A stretch of DNA of 64,000 nucleotides from Anaerolineae bacterium (lineage in GTDB: Bacteria > Chloroflexota > Anaerolineae > Aggregatilineales > Phototrophicaceae). The DNA lies in assembly GCA_041390885.1 (NCBI GenBank), contig JAWKPB010000018.1, forward strand, positions 115,165 through 179,164. Reading direction: 5' to 3'. Made by a program: the position numbers and the translations under genes. Positions 39,229 through 49,040 of this stretch are shown here, in pieces. The number at the start of each line of letters is the position of its first letter. The first letter of the stretch is position 1. The notes beneath the pieces were generated by a model, which saw nothing but the letters and a program-made list of their open reading frames with translations, was not told the origin of the DNA and searched no databases.

Positions 39229-40920
39229 TCACCGGCTGCCGGGCACATCAGTGCCGAGCGTTTCCCAACCCGACTCATAATCGCTGCGCCCACTACCGTA
39301 TGAATCATAGTACGATCCCCAATACAGTGAGGGATCATAAGCTGGTAGTTCGCGGCGGACATGATCAAGCTGATTCCACGCATTCAAACGCGAAGTATTC
39401 AATGAAAATGGCAGACTGCTGCCTCCCTGCATTTCTTTATCGAGGGTGAGCAGTTGACGGGCTAACCATTGCCCTGACCATTCTTTCACCTGGTCATCTG
39501 TGGCGCTTTGCCACAGCGGCAGGATTTCCGGCACAGCATCGGCAGAGAGGATGTTGAGGAAGGCGATGTCCAGTTCTTGCCCAGCGTGGTAGCGGGCAAT
39601 ATTGCGCTCGGCGATGTAGTGGTCAATGTTCATGAGGTTGATGGTGGCGAGGTAGCCGATGATGACCAGCAGCGTGCCGAGTGAAAAGATATTAGTCTTC
39701 AAGCGGAACATGGCCACGACAAAGACAGCAAACATCACGCCCAACCACACCATGAAGACATGGGTATACACCCGCAGTTGGGTGAAGCCGAAAGCCTCTT
39801 CGTAGAGCCACATGCGCTGGGCGGCGGACACCAGCATGATGGAGGTCAGCGCAACAATCGCCAGCGCCAAACCGCGAAAAATATGGTTCTCGCGCTTGCT
39901 CTGGCGGACACTGACTTTGTCCAGCCACAGTGACAGGCCCAACGTCAGCACCGAGACAGCGACCAGTTCAAAAAAGCCGCGCCGGGCGTATTGGGCGAAG
40001 GTCAGCCCTGCCACCTCTATGGTGGTACGCCCACCGAAGAAGTATCTAAATTGGATGACGACGAAGGCCGCAAACAGGGCTACTACACTGCCCATGATGA
40101 TGCCGCTTTCTACCATGCCCAGCTTGAAGGCAGGCTTGGCTTTTTCTTTGGTTTGTGCTGAGATAGCAGCCGCCATCTCCATTTCAGGATCGCTGCTGGC
40201 CTGCTCAGTTTCGGGCGTGGCAGGTGGTGCCGCCACATTACGCATGAGACTGAAGCCCAGCGCGCCGGTAGCGACGGTTGCCAGACCACCCGTCAGCAGC
40301 CAGCGTCCCAATGTGTCATCCAGAAATTTAATACCGAGGGCTTTCCAGACGCTGTCAAAAGCTTCGCTGACATACTTGGCGAAGACGGCATCGGCTGAAC
40401 CTAGCAGAAAGGCAAATACCAGCACAATAGGCAGAGCAAAAACTGATCCACGAACGACAGCGGCGAAAACACCACCACGCTGGTGGCGTTTTTCGCGCAG
40501 CCAGCCCCACGCCTCCACGGTTTGAAGGAGGGCAACCGGAACAAGCATAATGCCAACTTCTAACACGGCTTGAGTTTGTTTTCCAAGTGTTTCTTCGTCT
40601 AACGAACGTGCAAGCGGCAGGTAGTAAACAACGAGCGCACCCAGCGCCAGCACAGCACCGATATTGAGCAGCGTCACCAGTTCATCGGCACGGATCGCAA
40701 CCATCACGGCAAAGAAGCCCAACGGCAGCAGCGGCCACAAGTTACGCGGCTGAATCTTCACCTGCGCGGGGCGGGTGAGCGCCAGCAAGATGATGACCGC
40801 CAGTGCAATATAGATCGGGAAAGAGAGGCCGACGAGCCGTCCATAAAACAGGATGTTGCCCATCAAGCCCAGCGCCAACCCGGCAGCAACGGCAATTACT
40901 CCAAAGGTTCGTTTATCCAT
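39229..40920 (-). CDS. DUF4173/DUF4153 membrane protein
   Basis: SADAVF, YARRGFFEL, LYEEAFGFTQLR, LSADAVP. Confidence 0.85.
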   Translation of the reverse strand: MDKRTFGVIAVAAGLALGLMGNILFYGRLVGLSFPIYIALAVIILLALTRPAQVKIQPRNLWPLLPLGFFAVMVAIRADELVTLLNIGAVLALGALVVYYLPLARSLDEETLGKQTQAVLEVGIMLVPVALLQTVEAWGWLREKRHQRGGVFAAVVRGSVFALPIVLVFAFLLGSADAVFAKYVSEAFDSVWKALGIKFLDDTLGRWLLTGGLATVATGALGFSLMRNVAAPPATPETEQASSDPEMEMAAAISAQTKEKAKPAFKLGMVESGIIMGSVVALFAAFVVIQFRYFFGGRTTIEVAGLTFAQYARRGFFELVAVSVLTLGLSLWLDKVSVRQSKRENHIFRGLALAIVALTSIMLVSAAQRMWLYEEAFGFTQLRVYTHVFMVWLGVMFAVFVVAMFRLKTNIFSLGTLLVIIGYLATINLMNIDHYIAERNIARYHAGQELDIAFLNILSADAVPEILPLWQSATDDQVKEWSGQWLARQLLTLDKEMQGGSSLPFSLNTSRLNAWNQLDHVRRELPAYDPSLYWGSYYDSYGSGRSDYESGWETLGTDVPGSR

Positions 40921-41155
40921 TGTGAATAACTCCTGAAAATAAGCGCCAAATAATGAAAATATGACGTAGACTCATCTAAACAGGTTCCATCACCGCCGCC
41001 TATCCCCCAAAAATGGGGGTTTATGCCACCTGTAATAGAATGGCTTGTTATTTCATCATACAATCAAGAAAGTGAGATTCCTCAGACGATTGCCCTACGT
41101 TTTCGCAGAAGCGAACCTATTAGAGGTGCGGTTTGAGGTAGAAAAAGGCTATAAC

Positions 41156-42790
41156 TTGAAAAGTCGTATAGGGTTTGTCCTCATGGTGCTGCTGCTGATT
41201 GCTCCAACGCTGCACGCACAGGGGGTGACATGGCAAGATCGCTTTAATCACCAGTTGGGCATCACCTTCACCCTTCCCCCCAACTACGAACTGCTGCCGG
41301 GCGACGATGTGATTTACTCGAACGGCAGTAACACCATTACCTTTGAACCGGTCACCAGTTTGTTCATTCATTCGCTGGATTTAGAAGAAGCCTGCAACAT
41401 CGTATCATTGGACACACCCGGTTATAACGCGCGGGTGCTGGGAAAGGGCCAACATGGGGTGTGCATATATAGCAAAGGCCGCCAGTCCTACACCACCATC
41501 GTTACAGAAGATCATCGCTATCTACAGGGCGGCGCAGAATATGATTACTTGGTGGTGAAAGCCCCCAAAGAAGATTTGGTGAACGTTACGGACAGCATCC
41601 AATTTGTAGACCGGGTGAATGCCCATCTATATCTGGATGAAGCACTGCGCTTGATTCGTGTCAATTTTGTTTACCCGGACTCGGTAGATTGGTCGAAGCT
41701 TTCGCAGCAGGCACTGGACATGGTGACTGATGATTATGATATGACCGAGGCATATAGCGCACTGGATTACGTCTTCGATCAGATTAAGGGCTTTAGTGCC
41801 CATAAGGGCGGACTACTACCGCCCGACGAGGACAGCTACTCGCTCTATGAAATTCAAGACCGGCTGGGATATGTGCTGACCAGTCCGCATATTGGCCGCT
41901 ACCGTACGGTGATGCTGGTCTACCCTGATTCTCCCGCGGAGTATGCCGGTTTGCGAGTCGGCGATGTAGTGGAAACGATTAACGGGAAAGACGCCCGGTT
42001 CGTCAATGAGCCGCAGCGACGCAAGGTTACGCTGGGCGTGCGCCGCGCCGGGGAAGGCGAAACGCTGACGATTGGCATCATCCCCGACTACTATGAAAGT
42101 TATCTACCCGTAGAAGGCAGACGGCTGGACAACAAATTAGGGTATATCGAAACCTTTTCGGCCAGTTTCCGCAATTCATATGATTATTTGTATCAGTATC
42201 CTGCTGATGCCCAGAACACCATCCGCAGTATTGACGAGGACGGCACGTGCGGTTGGGTGGTGGATGTGCGCCGCAATCACGGCGGTTTGGCGCTGGTGAT
42301 GGGATTGGCGCTGGGGCCGCTGCGGGGTGAAGGGCGCTGGTTCGGGATGCGGAGTGTGACCGGGGATATTACATGGTATGACTACCAGTACGGCGCATTT
42401 CCAGATGTTTCTGATCAACTGGTGATTTATGATCCTTACCAGCTGCAAGAGCCTAACCCGCCCATAGCGGTGCTGGTGAGCGCAGAAACCGCCAGCATGG
42501 GGGAAATGACGGCCTACATTATGCAAAGCCGTCCCAACGCTCACACGCGCATTTTCGGCGAGCCAACAGGCGGCTATTTGAGCGATGCTTTCACGCTGGT
42601 ATCATTGATTGACGGCGCGCAGTTGGCACTGGTCAATGACCGCGGCGTAGGGCCTGACCGGCAACTGCTGCCCTACTCCATTCAGCCGGATGTGCAAATT
42701 AAGACGGATTACACCGCGTATGGCACGGACAGCGACCGGGTGTTAAGCGCCGCCCGCCAGTGGCTGCTGGAACAGCCGGAGTGCGGGTGA
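41156..42790 (+). CDS. Secreted S41 family peptidase with PDZ domain
   Basis: Signal-like N-terminus, DSPAEYAGLRVGD (PDZ), VDVRRNHGG, TASMGE, FGEPTGG, IQPD; start uncertain. Confidence 0.88.
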   Translation: MKSRIGFVLMVLLLIAPTLHAQGVTWQDRFNHQLGITFTLPPNYELLPGDDVIYSNGSNTITFEPVTSLFIHSLDLEEACNIVSLDTPGYNARVLGKGQHGVCIYSKGRQSYTTIVTEDHRYLQGGAEYDYLVVKAPKEDLVNVTDSIQFVDRVNAHLYLDEALRLIRVNFVYPDSVDWSKLSQQALDMVTDDYDMTEAYSALDYVFDQIKGFSAHKGGLLPPDEDSYSLYEIQDRLGYVLTSPHIGRYRTVMLVYPDSPAEYAGLRVGDVVETINGKDARFVNEPQRRKVTLGVRRAGEGETLTIGIIPDYYESYLPVEGRRLDNKLGYIETFSASFRNSYDYLYQYPADAQNTIRSIDEDGTCGWVVDVRRNHGGLALVMGLALGPLRGEGRWFGMRSVTGDITWYDYQYGAFPDVSDQLVIYDPYQLQEPNPPIAVLVSAETASMGEMTAYIMQSRPNAHTRIFGEPTGGYLSDAFTLVSLIDGAQLALVNDRGVGPDRQLLPYSIQPDVQIKTDYTAYGTDSDRVLSAARQWLLEQPECG

Positions 42791-42868
42791 TGGGGATTTT
42801 TGAGACAATTCATAAATCAGATCATCTCCCTCTGCTTATTTCATATATTTGTTTTTTTTGAAATAAGA

Positions 42869-42903
42869 TTTATTCTTATTGCAAAAGATGCAATAAGAAT
42901 AAA
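42869..42903. promoter_or_regulatory. Perfect 15-bp inverted repeat upstream of fic
   Basis: TTTATTCTTATTGCA-AAAGA-TGCAATAAGAATAAA. Confidence 0.65.
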
Positions 42904-42914
42904 CAGGTAGTAGT

Positions 42915-44093
42915 GTGAATATTCAAAAATTTCAGAAAAGTTCAGCCGGTAAATTAATTCGATCTCTCAATGGATATCACACTTTTATTCCTCATCCTTT
43001 GCCACCTAAGATATCTTTAGACGACATAAACTTAATCAAGCTGCTAACAAATGCGGAACGCGCTTTAGGAGAATTAGCTGGTCTAGGTTATCTTATTCCA
43101 AACGCAGATTTTTTGGTCATCCCATATACCCGATTAGAAGCTGTAGCTAGTTCCAAAATTGAAGGCACCCAAGCCTCACTTTCAGATCTCTTTTTCTTTG
43201 AGGCGGCACAAGAAACCCCTAAATCCCGTGATGATGTAATTGAGGTAAAAAATTATCTAAATGCCCTTAATTACGGTCTAAAACGATTGGATACATTACC
43301 CCTTAGTCTAAAATTAGTGCGCGAAATCCATAGGATTTTAATGGATGATGTGCGCGGGGGTACGAGTGATAAGACCCCTGGCGACTTTCGGCGTTCGCAA
43401 AACTGGATTGGTCCTGCCGGGTGCACGCTTGATAGTGCAACTTTTGTTCCGCCCCCTCATGAGGAAATTCTCAACCTCCTTGGTGATTGGGAGAAATTTA
43501 TACATGAACGTGATTCATTACCACTATTAATTCAATGTGCATATATGCATTATCAATTTGAAACCATACATCCTTTTCTCGATGGAAATGGGCGAGTTGG
43601 TCGACTTCTAATTACGTTATTCCTTTGTGAGCGGAAAGCACTCCCATATCCCCTTTTATATCTGAGTGCGTATTTTGAGCGATATCGTGATGAATATTTG
43701 GACTCGTTATTGGCAGTTAGTCGGGATGGGGATTGGAAACGATGGTTGCAATTTTTCTTGCAGGGCGTAATGACACAAAGTCACCATGCTATTGAGTCAG
43801 CAAAACGAATCGTCAATCAGCGAGAAAACTATCGTCAACTTCTCCAACAAGGCAAGTCATCAGCTTCAGTATTATCATTGCTCGATATTATGTTTACGAG
43901 TCCTTATTTGAACCTCCAACAAGCATCAGAAAAGCTAAATGTAAGTTTTAATACCGCAAAAAAATCAATGCAACAACTGGAAGATTTAGGAATTGTGCAT
44001 GAAGCTACTGGGCAACGTCGCAATCGTATATATTTCGCAAAGCGCTTATTAGAACTGTTAGTCGAAAATGATCCTAATAAATTAACATCTTGA
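42915..44093 (+). CDS. Fic family protein (class II, N-terminal inhibitory motif, C-terminal HTH)
   Basis: SSKIEG, HPFLDGNGRVGR, TGQRRNRIY. Confidence 0.93.
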   Translation: MNIQKFQKSSAGKLIRSLNGYHTFIPHPLPPKISLDDINLIKLLTNAERALGELAGLGYLIPNADFLVIPYTRLEAVASSKIEGTQASLSDLFFFEAAQETPKSRDDVIEVKNYLNALNYGLKRLDTLPLSLKLVREIHRILMDDVRGGTSDKTPGDFRRSQNWIGPAGCTLDSATFVPPPHEEILNLLGDWEKFIHERDSLPLLIQCAYMHYQFETIHPFLDGNGRVGRLLITLFLCERKALPYPLLYLSAYFERYRDEYLDSLLAVSRDGDWKRWLQFFLQGVMTQSHHAIESAKRIVNQRENYRQLLQQGKSSASVLSLLDIMFTSPYLNLQQASEKLNVSFNTAKKSMQQLEDLGIVHEATGQRRNRIYFAKRLLELLVENDPNKLTS

Positions 44094-44286
44094 TTCCACA
44101 GTAATGATCTATAAACGCTGTTGACATGTCTTGATTTGCCCTAAATATAAAACCGTATACTCGACAACGAATGGGACGAAGTGAAACGGACAGCGACCCG
44201 GTGTTAAGCGCCGCCCGTCAGTGGCTGCTGGAACAACCAGAGTGCGGGTGATGGGCATTACCGCGCATTGAACGGCATATAAACAA

Positions 44287-44314
44287 AACAGGGACGAGCT
44301 AACTCGTCCCTGTT
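44287..44314. terminator. Hairpin terminator between convergent genes
   Basis: AACAGGGACGAG-CTAA-CTCGTCCCTGTT. Confidence 0.7.
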
Positions 44315-44340
44315 CTTTAGTCAAACCGTATGTGCTGCGT

Positions 44341-45420
44341 TTAGCCAGCGTGAACGACGTGCCACACCTCGCCCTTACCATCACCGTTGACATCGCCGGG
44401 AACTTTGTCTTCAGCAAAGTAGTACAGAGGCATACCGTTGTAGGTCAACTGGACACGCTTGTTATCTTCGCGAACAAAACTGGCTATTGTGGCGCTCACA
44501 TCTGTGCCAGCGGTTAAGGCATCCTCTGGGTAGACAAAAGCCACCGGCCAGTTCTTGAGGCAGTCATCAGCGCAATTGCTTACGCCTTCGGTGTCGTTGT
44601 CGAAGGTATAGAGGGTCATACCGTTGTTGGCAACCAGAATGCTACCCATATCGCCAACCTCGCGCCAACCGACAACTTCAGGTTGGACAACAAACCAGTT
44701 GTCACCCACACCCTGTCCATTTGTATCGCCAATGGCCTTGTCATCTTTCCAGTAGTACAGGGGCATGCTGTTGTAAGTTACTTGAAGCGTGCCATCCGTG
44801 CGTTCGGCGGTTCCGAATGTGCCCAGCAGGTTCTGGCCGGGGATGATGGCATCAGCACTGTCAACAAGCAGAGGCGGCCAGTTGGCGGCGCACTGGTCAT
44901 AGCAGTTGCTGGTGTCGGCGGTATCGTTCTTGAACATGTAAAGGGTCATGCCAGCAGGGCCAACCAACACGGTGCCCAATTCGCCAACGCGCTGGGGATA
45001 TACAGTGGCGGGCGGCACTATAAACCAGTTTTTGCCAACCAACTGACCGGTGGTGTCGCCAACAGCCTTATCATTCTTCCAGTAATACAGGGCGACGCCA
45101 TTATAGCTGACCTGTAGGTCGCCATTTTCACGCTCGATAGTACCCAATGTGCCGGGGATGCCGTCCGCCATTGTCAGGCTGTCTGCACTGTCCACAATCA
45201 GGGGCGGCCAATTTTCGGCACAGGCATTATAGCAAACAGTCTGGTTGAGGGGGTCTGGGGGGAAGCTGTAAAGTGTCATGCCGTTGGGACCAACGAGGAA
45301 CGGACCGAGGGCATCGTTGCCGCTCAAGCCGACGGTGGGCGCATCCTGCGCCAAAACGGGTACAACCACAATACTTAAAATAAGCGCTGCGAAAAGAATT
45401 ACTAAACGTAACCGGGACAT
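44341..45420 (-). CDS. Secreted repeat protein with Yx(FWY)xxD motifs (COG4315), three units
   Basis: Three repeats of GMTLY.F..D..C...C..NWP..Q..YN...LYY...D. Confidence 0.88.
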   Translation of the reverse strand: MSRLRLVILFAALILSIVVVPVLAQDAPTVGLSGNDALGPFLVGPNGMTLYSFPPDPLNQTVCYNACAENWPPLIVDSADSLTMADGIPGTLGTIERENGDLQVSYNGVALYYWKNDKAVGDTTGQLVGKNWFIVPPATVYPQRVGELGTVLVGPAGMTLYMFKNDTADTSNCYDQCAANWPPLLVDSADAIIPGQNLLGTFGTAERTDGTLQVTYNSMPLYYWKDDKAIGDTNGQGVGDNWFVVQPEVVGWREVGDMGSILVANNGMTLYTFDNDTEGVSNCADDCLKNWPVAFVYPEDALTAGTDVSATIASFVREDNKRVQLTYNGMPLYYFAEDKVPGDVNGDGKGEVWHVVHAG

Positions 45421-45580
45421 TGTTCCACTTTCCTCCCTGACAACGATTGATAGAGAACAGGTGTATCCACCTGCTATCACTGTAATCGTTGTGGGCGCGG
45501 CAATTGGATGACACATCTCATGAAACATTAATCCTGCTGGCATCAGCCTGCTACCCCTGCTAAACTGATTAGTGGAGAAT

Positions 45581-46156
45581 ATGGTCATGTCTTTTCAGTT
45601 CGACGACGTCGAGATCATGCGGCGTATTGCCGCCCAAGACCAGCAGGCTTTCCGCTTACTGTATCAGGAATATGGTAAAGCGGTTTTCAGCTTGGCTTAC
45701 CGGATTGTGCAAAACGTCGTGCTGGCGGAAGAGATTACCCAGGATTCCTTCCTCAAGGTGTGGAATCATAAAAATCAGTGGGACCCCAAAAAGGGAAAAC
45801 TCAAAAATTGGCTGCTGACTATTACCCATTTCACGGCCATTGACCGTCTGCGCAAGGAACGCCGCCAGCCGACCCTCCACCAGGACACCATTGAAGATAT
45901 GGAAGAACAGTTCCCCAGTGGGAATGGCGAGCCACCTGTACACGATGGCGCGCTTTTGCTTATGCTGGTGCAGCAGCTCCCCCCCGAACAGGCGTCATTG
46001 ATTGATCTGGCCTTCTTCAAGGGAATGTCTCATGGTGAGATTGCCAACACGACCCACATACCATTGGGCACAGTGAAATCACGGCTGCGACAGGGGTTGC
46101 AGCGGTTACGCGTTTTGTGGCTGGAGAGTACCATGCCAACATCCAGTCCGCGCTGA
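45581..46156 (+). CDS. ECF sigma factor (SigK-like)
   Basis: AEEITQDSFLKVW, WLLTI..AIDRLR, IPLGTVKSRLR. Confidence 0.92.
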   Translation: MVMSFQFDDVEIMRRIAAQDQQAFRLLYQEYGKAVFSLAYRIVQNVVLAEEITQDSFLKVWNHKNQWDPKKGKLKNWLLTITHFTAIDRLRKERRQPTLHQDTIEDMEEQFPSGNGEPPVHDGALLLMLVQQLPPEQASLIDLAFFKGMSHGEIANTTHIPLGTVKSRLRQGLQRLRVLWLESTMPTSSPR

Positions 46157-46197
46157 TTGGTCGTATAATAGTATGAAGGAGCATCGCAGTCGGTAGC

Positions 46198-46965
46198 ATG
46201 AGTCTAGAACATTCGCGGATGACGTCGGACAATTGTGATTCTATTCAGGAATTAATTCCTGAGTATGCTTTTGGTTTGACGGATGCCGAGCAGACACAAT
46301 TGATCGAATCGTCATTACGGGACTGCCCCGACGCCGCAGCGCAACTGGCCGATTATCGCCAGATTCAGGCTGTGATGCGTGATTCCGTACCTCAGATCGA
46401 ACCGCCTGCTGCTCTCGAAGATCGTCTGATGGCAGCTATTGCCCAACCTGCTGCACCTCCCGCGCCCCGCAAACGACAAATCACCCGCTCGTGGTGGGTG
46501 GCAGCCGCCGCGTTAGTGGCACTGGTGCTCACGAATGTTTACTGGCTGGCGCGTGTTTCTAATTCTGTTCCACAGCCCGACACCGGACAGGTCACGGTTA
46601 GTGACAGCGGCGCATTTGTGCTGACGAGCACCGCCAATCTGCGCTGGGCGCGGCTGCCTGCTACGGAAACCGTGAACCCGGATGCCACCGCCTTTCTGAT
46701 GTGGAACCGCGAAAGCAAGATTGGCCTCATGTACGCGCGGGGTTTTCCTGAACCAGATACGGGCAAAACGTATCAACTGTGGCTAACGCGCGGTGAGATA
46801 CGGGTGAGCGTGGGTACTTTTCAGGTCAATGAGGAGGGTATCGGTTCGCTTCTGTTTCATTCAGAGCAACCGATAGATGAATTCACGTGGGCACGCATCA
46901 CCGCCGAACCTTACAGCGGCAGCCAGCAGCCCAGCGAAAACATTGTGGTTATCGGGCAGTTGTAG
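46198..46965 (+). CDS. Anti-sigma factor (RskA-like)
   Basis: Follows the ECF sigma; single TM, YQLWL, ITAEP..GSQQPS. Confidence 0.88.
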   Translation: MSLEHSRMTSDNCDSIQELIPEYAFGLTDAEQTQLIESSLRDCPDAAAQLADYRQIQAVMRDSVPQIEPPAALEDRLMAAIAQPAAPPAPRKRQITRSWWVAAAALVALVLTNVYWLARVSNSVPQPDTGQVTVSDSGAFVLTSTANLRWARLPATETVNPDATAFLMWNRESKIGLMYARGFPEPDTGKTYQLWLTRGEIRVSVGTFQVNEEGIGSLLFHSEQPIDEFTWARITAEPYSGSQQPSENIVVIGQL

Positions 46966-47084
46966 ACCCTGCTACGTTCTAAGCGTTATATATTCCATAA
47001 TTCACAATATTTTCATGCCTTCGCTTTGCACTTCCCATAAGGTAGGACTAAGATTGACATGACAAATTGTGTTACACAAGAGGT

Positions 47085-48473
47085 ATGGTCATGTCAATCC
47101 TGCGATCTGTTCCGGTCGTTATCCGCGTATCATTGTTCGCGATCCTTGCCGGGGTACTGGCTTATTTCCCCGTCCCGACCGCCGCCCAACAGATAGATAA
47201 CAATACCACCATTGCTACCCAAACTGTGGCACAAATCAACGACTGGCGCATCAGTCAGGGCTTATGGCCGCTGGCGGTCAATCCCACATTGGAAGCGATG
47301 GCCTTAGCACAGGCCAATTACATCCTACCGCTGCTTTCGAGCGTCGCTGACGAATCGGCTTATCATCTGGATGCCCAACGCCGCAATCCACGCCAGCGGG
47401 GATTTCTGGCGGGGTGGCCGATTTATAACGCGGCCAATCCCGATCAAATTGAAGTGGGCGAAAATGCAGGCGTGGGCGGGCTGGCCTTTATCATGAATTT
47501 CTGGAAAGGGTCGGCCATTCACGCCAAAGCCGCGCTGAGCACCACCTACCGCGAAATTGGCGTAGCGGCGCTGCCCAGACCCAAAGGTGGGTATCTGATC
47601 TACACGGTGTTTGGCGCACGTCCGGCTGTCCTGCCGGCGCTGATCAGTGCTGACGAAACAAAGTTGTATTTGACACGCGAGAATTCGCGCTACGCGGGCA
47701 CGGTGGATACCACCCGCGTACAACTGCTTGACGCGGCGGGCAATCCGTTATCTGATCCGGTGAGCTGGAAAGCGCAGCTCGATATTCCGGCTTCGGCTGG
47801 CGAGACATTTGAGGTGCAGTATAGCTACGGCTCGACCCAAACGACGACCATCGTAACCCGTTCGCAAGGACTGGTGCTGCTGCCCTCCACAGTGGGGAAA
47901 ACCAGCTCGCCCGTGCAGGTGGTCGCTGCTACGCCTACGCCGCAGGAGGTAGCGGTTCAACCGACTGCCGCGCCGATTCAGCCAACCAGCACGCCAGTCG
48001 TGCTGCCGAGCGTCACACCTACACCAGCCCTGCAAGCGACGACTGCTCCCACACAGCAAGTCGTCCAGCCGACTGCTGCGCCAGTTCAACCGACGGCTAC
48101 TATTAACCCGGTGACGGCTGACCTGCTGCTGACGTATGACAATATCGAACTGGTGGCGATCAATAACACTAGCGCACCAGTTGACCTTACAGGGCTATCG
48201 TTGATCGGCAGCGGCGTGACGGTTGGTGTGCAGTTGTGGTCAAGGGTAGGTGATCTACCCGTCACAGCGTTCCCATCCTCGCACTGTGTGATGGTGCGGC
48301 TCATCAACAGCGGCGCGCAGGTTCCCTCAAGCTGCAAATGGACACGCAGTATCGTGGATTTGACTCCGGCAAAGATATTCTGGACGCTGGATGATTTCAT
48401 TGTCACGCAGAACGGCACACTGCTGGCGACCTGCTCTAAGTCTGCCGGGCAGTGCGCGGTGGATTTGCCATAA
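47085..48473 (+). CDS. Secreted CAP/SCP-domain protein with a P/T-rich linker
   Basis: INDWRISQGLWPL, VGEN, WKGSAIH, YREIGVA. Confidence 0.8.
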   Translation: MVMSILRSVPVVIRVSLFAILAGVLAYFPVPTAAQQIDNNTTIATQTVAQINDWRISQGLWPLAVNPTLEAMALAQANYILPLLSSVADESAYHLDAQRRNPRQRGFLAGWPIYNAANPDQIEVGENAGVGGLAFIMNFWKGSAIHAKAALSTTYREIGVAALPRPKGGYLIYTVFGARPAVLPALISADETKLYLTRENSRYAGTVDTTRVQLLDAAGNPLSDPVSWKAQLDIPASAGETFEVQYSYGSTQTTTIVTRSQGLVLLPSTVGKTSSPVQVVAATPTPQEVAVQPTAAPIQPTSTPVVLPSVTPTPALQATTAPTQQVVQPTAAPVQPTATINPVTADLLLTYDNIELVAINNTSAPVDLTGLSLIGSGVTVGVQLWSRVGDLPVTAFPSSHCVMVRLINSGAQVPSSCKWTRSIVDLTPAKIFWTLDDFIVTQNGTLLATCSKSAGQCAVDLP

Positions 48474-48494
48474 ATAAGCTCCTCTTCGCCTACA

Positions 48495-48530
48495 AATGGT
48501 GGTTAACACAGATGTTGACCACCATTCTTT
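48495..48530 (+). terminator. Terminator-like hairpin after the CAP gene
   Basis: AATGGTGGTTAACA-CAGA-TGTTGACCACCATT followed by CTTT. Confidence 0.6.
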
Positions 48531-48788
48531 GTTAGAACTCCGGGCGGCAGAAGTGGGTGGATACTGCCATTTCTTGATGAGTGCGCGACATCAATAGCGG
48601 TCAAAACCTATCAGAGTTCCCGCTTTCTAACCATCTTCTACCCAAATCTAAACAACTTACTATAGAATTTGTGTTCGTACTTGTGCTATGCTATTATTTG
48701 GTTAGGAAATTGTTACATCAATACATGAGGCGCATAGCTCTATGCGCCTTTCGTCTCTATCGCTGCTACCGAGGGGGTGATGTGCATC

Positions 48789-49037
48789 ATGCGAACACTA
48801 AAAACGACATTAGACCCACAACTGCTGGATAAAATACGCCGCTTCATCTGCGACTTCGATGACCAGTTTGGCTACCCACCTAACCTGCGCGAGATTGCGA
48901 CACACGTTTTCATATCCCGTTCCAACTTGTACCGCTATCTTGACCATCTGGAAATGGAAGGCAGCATCAGCCGCGAACCGGGCGTGGCGCGCGGCATCAC
49001 CATCCTTGAAGGTTGTGAGAAGAAACAAGGCAGTTAG
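48789..49037 (+). CDS. LexA-like winged-helix DNA-binding domain without a peptidase domain
   Basis: FI......GYPPNLREIA...YLDHLE..G.I.R.PG.ARGITI. Confidence 0.8.
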   Translation: MRTLKTTLDPQLLDKIRRFICDFDDQFGYPPNLREIATHVFISRSNLYRYLDHLEMEGSISREPGVARGITILEGCEKKQGS

Positions 49038-49040
49038 CGC

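Larger units (their letters stand above)
42725..44255. mobile_element. fic mini-island bounded by 70-bp imperfect direct repeats (42725-42794 and 44186-44255)
   Basis: The repeats duplicate the last codons and stop of the S41 gene; the interior is AT-rich. Confidence 0.75.

Noticed and set aside
47920-48110. Repeated QPTAAP-coding segments
   Set aside because: Low-complexity Pro/Thr linker common in secreted proteins.
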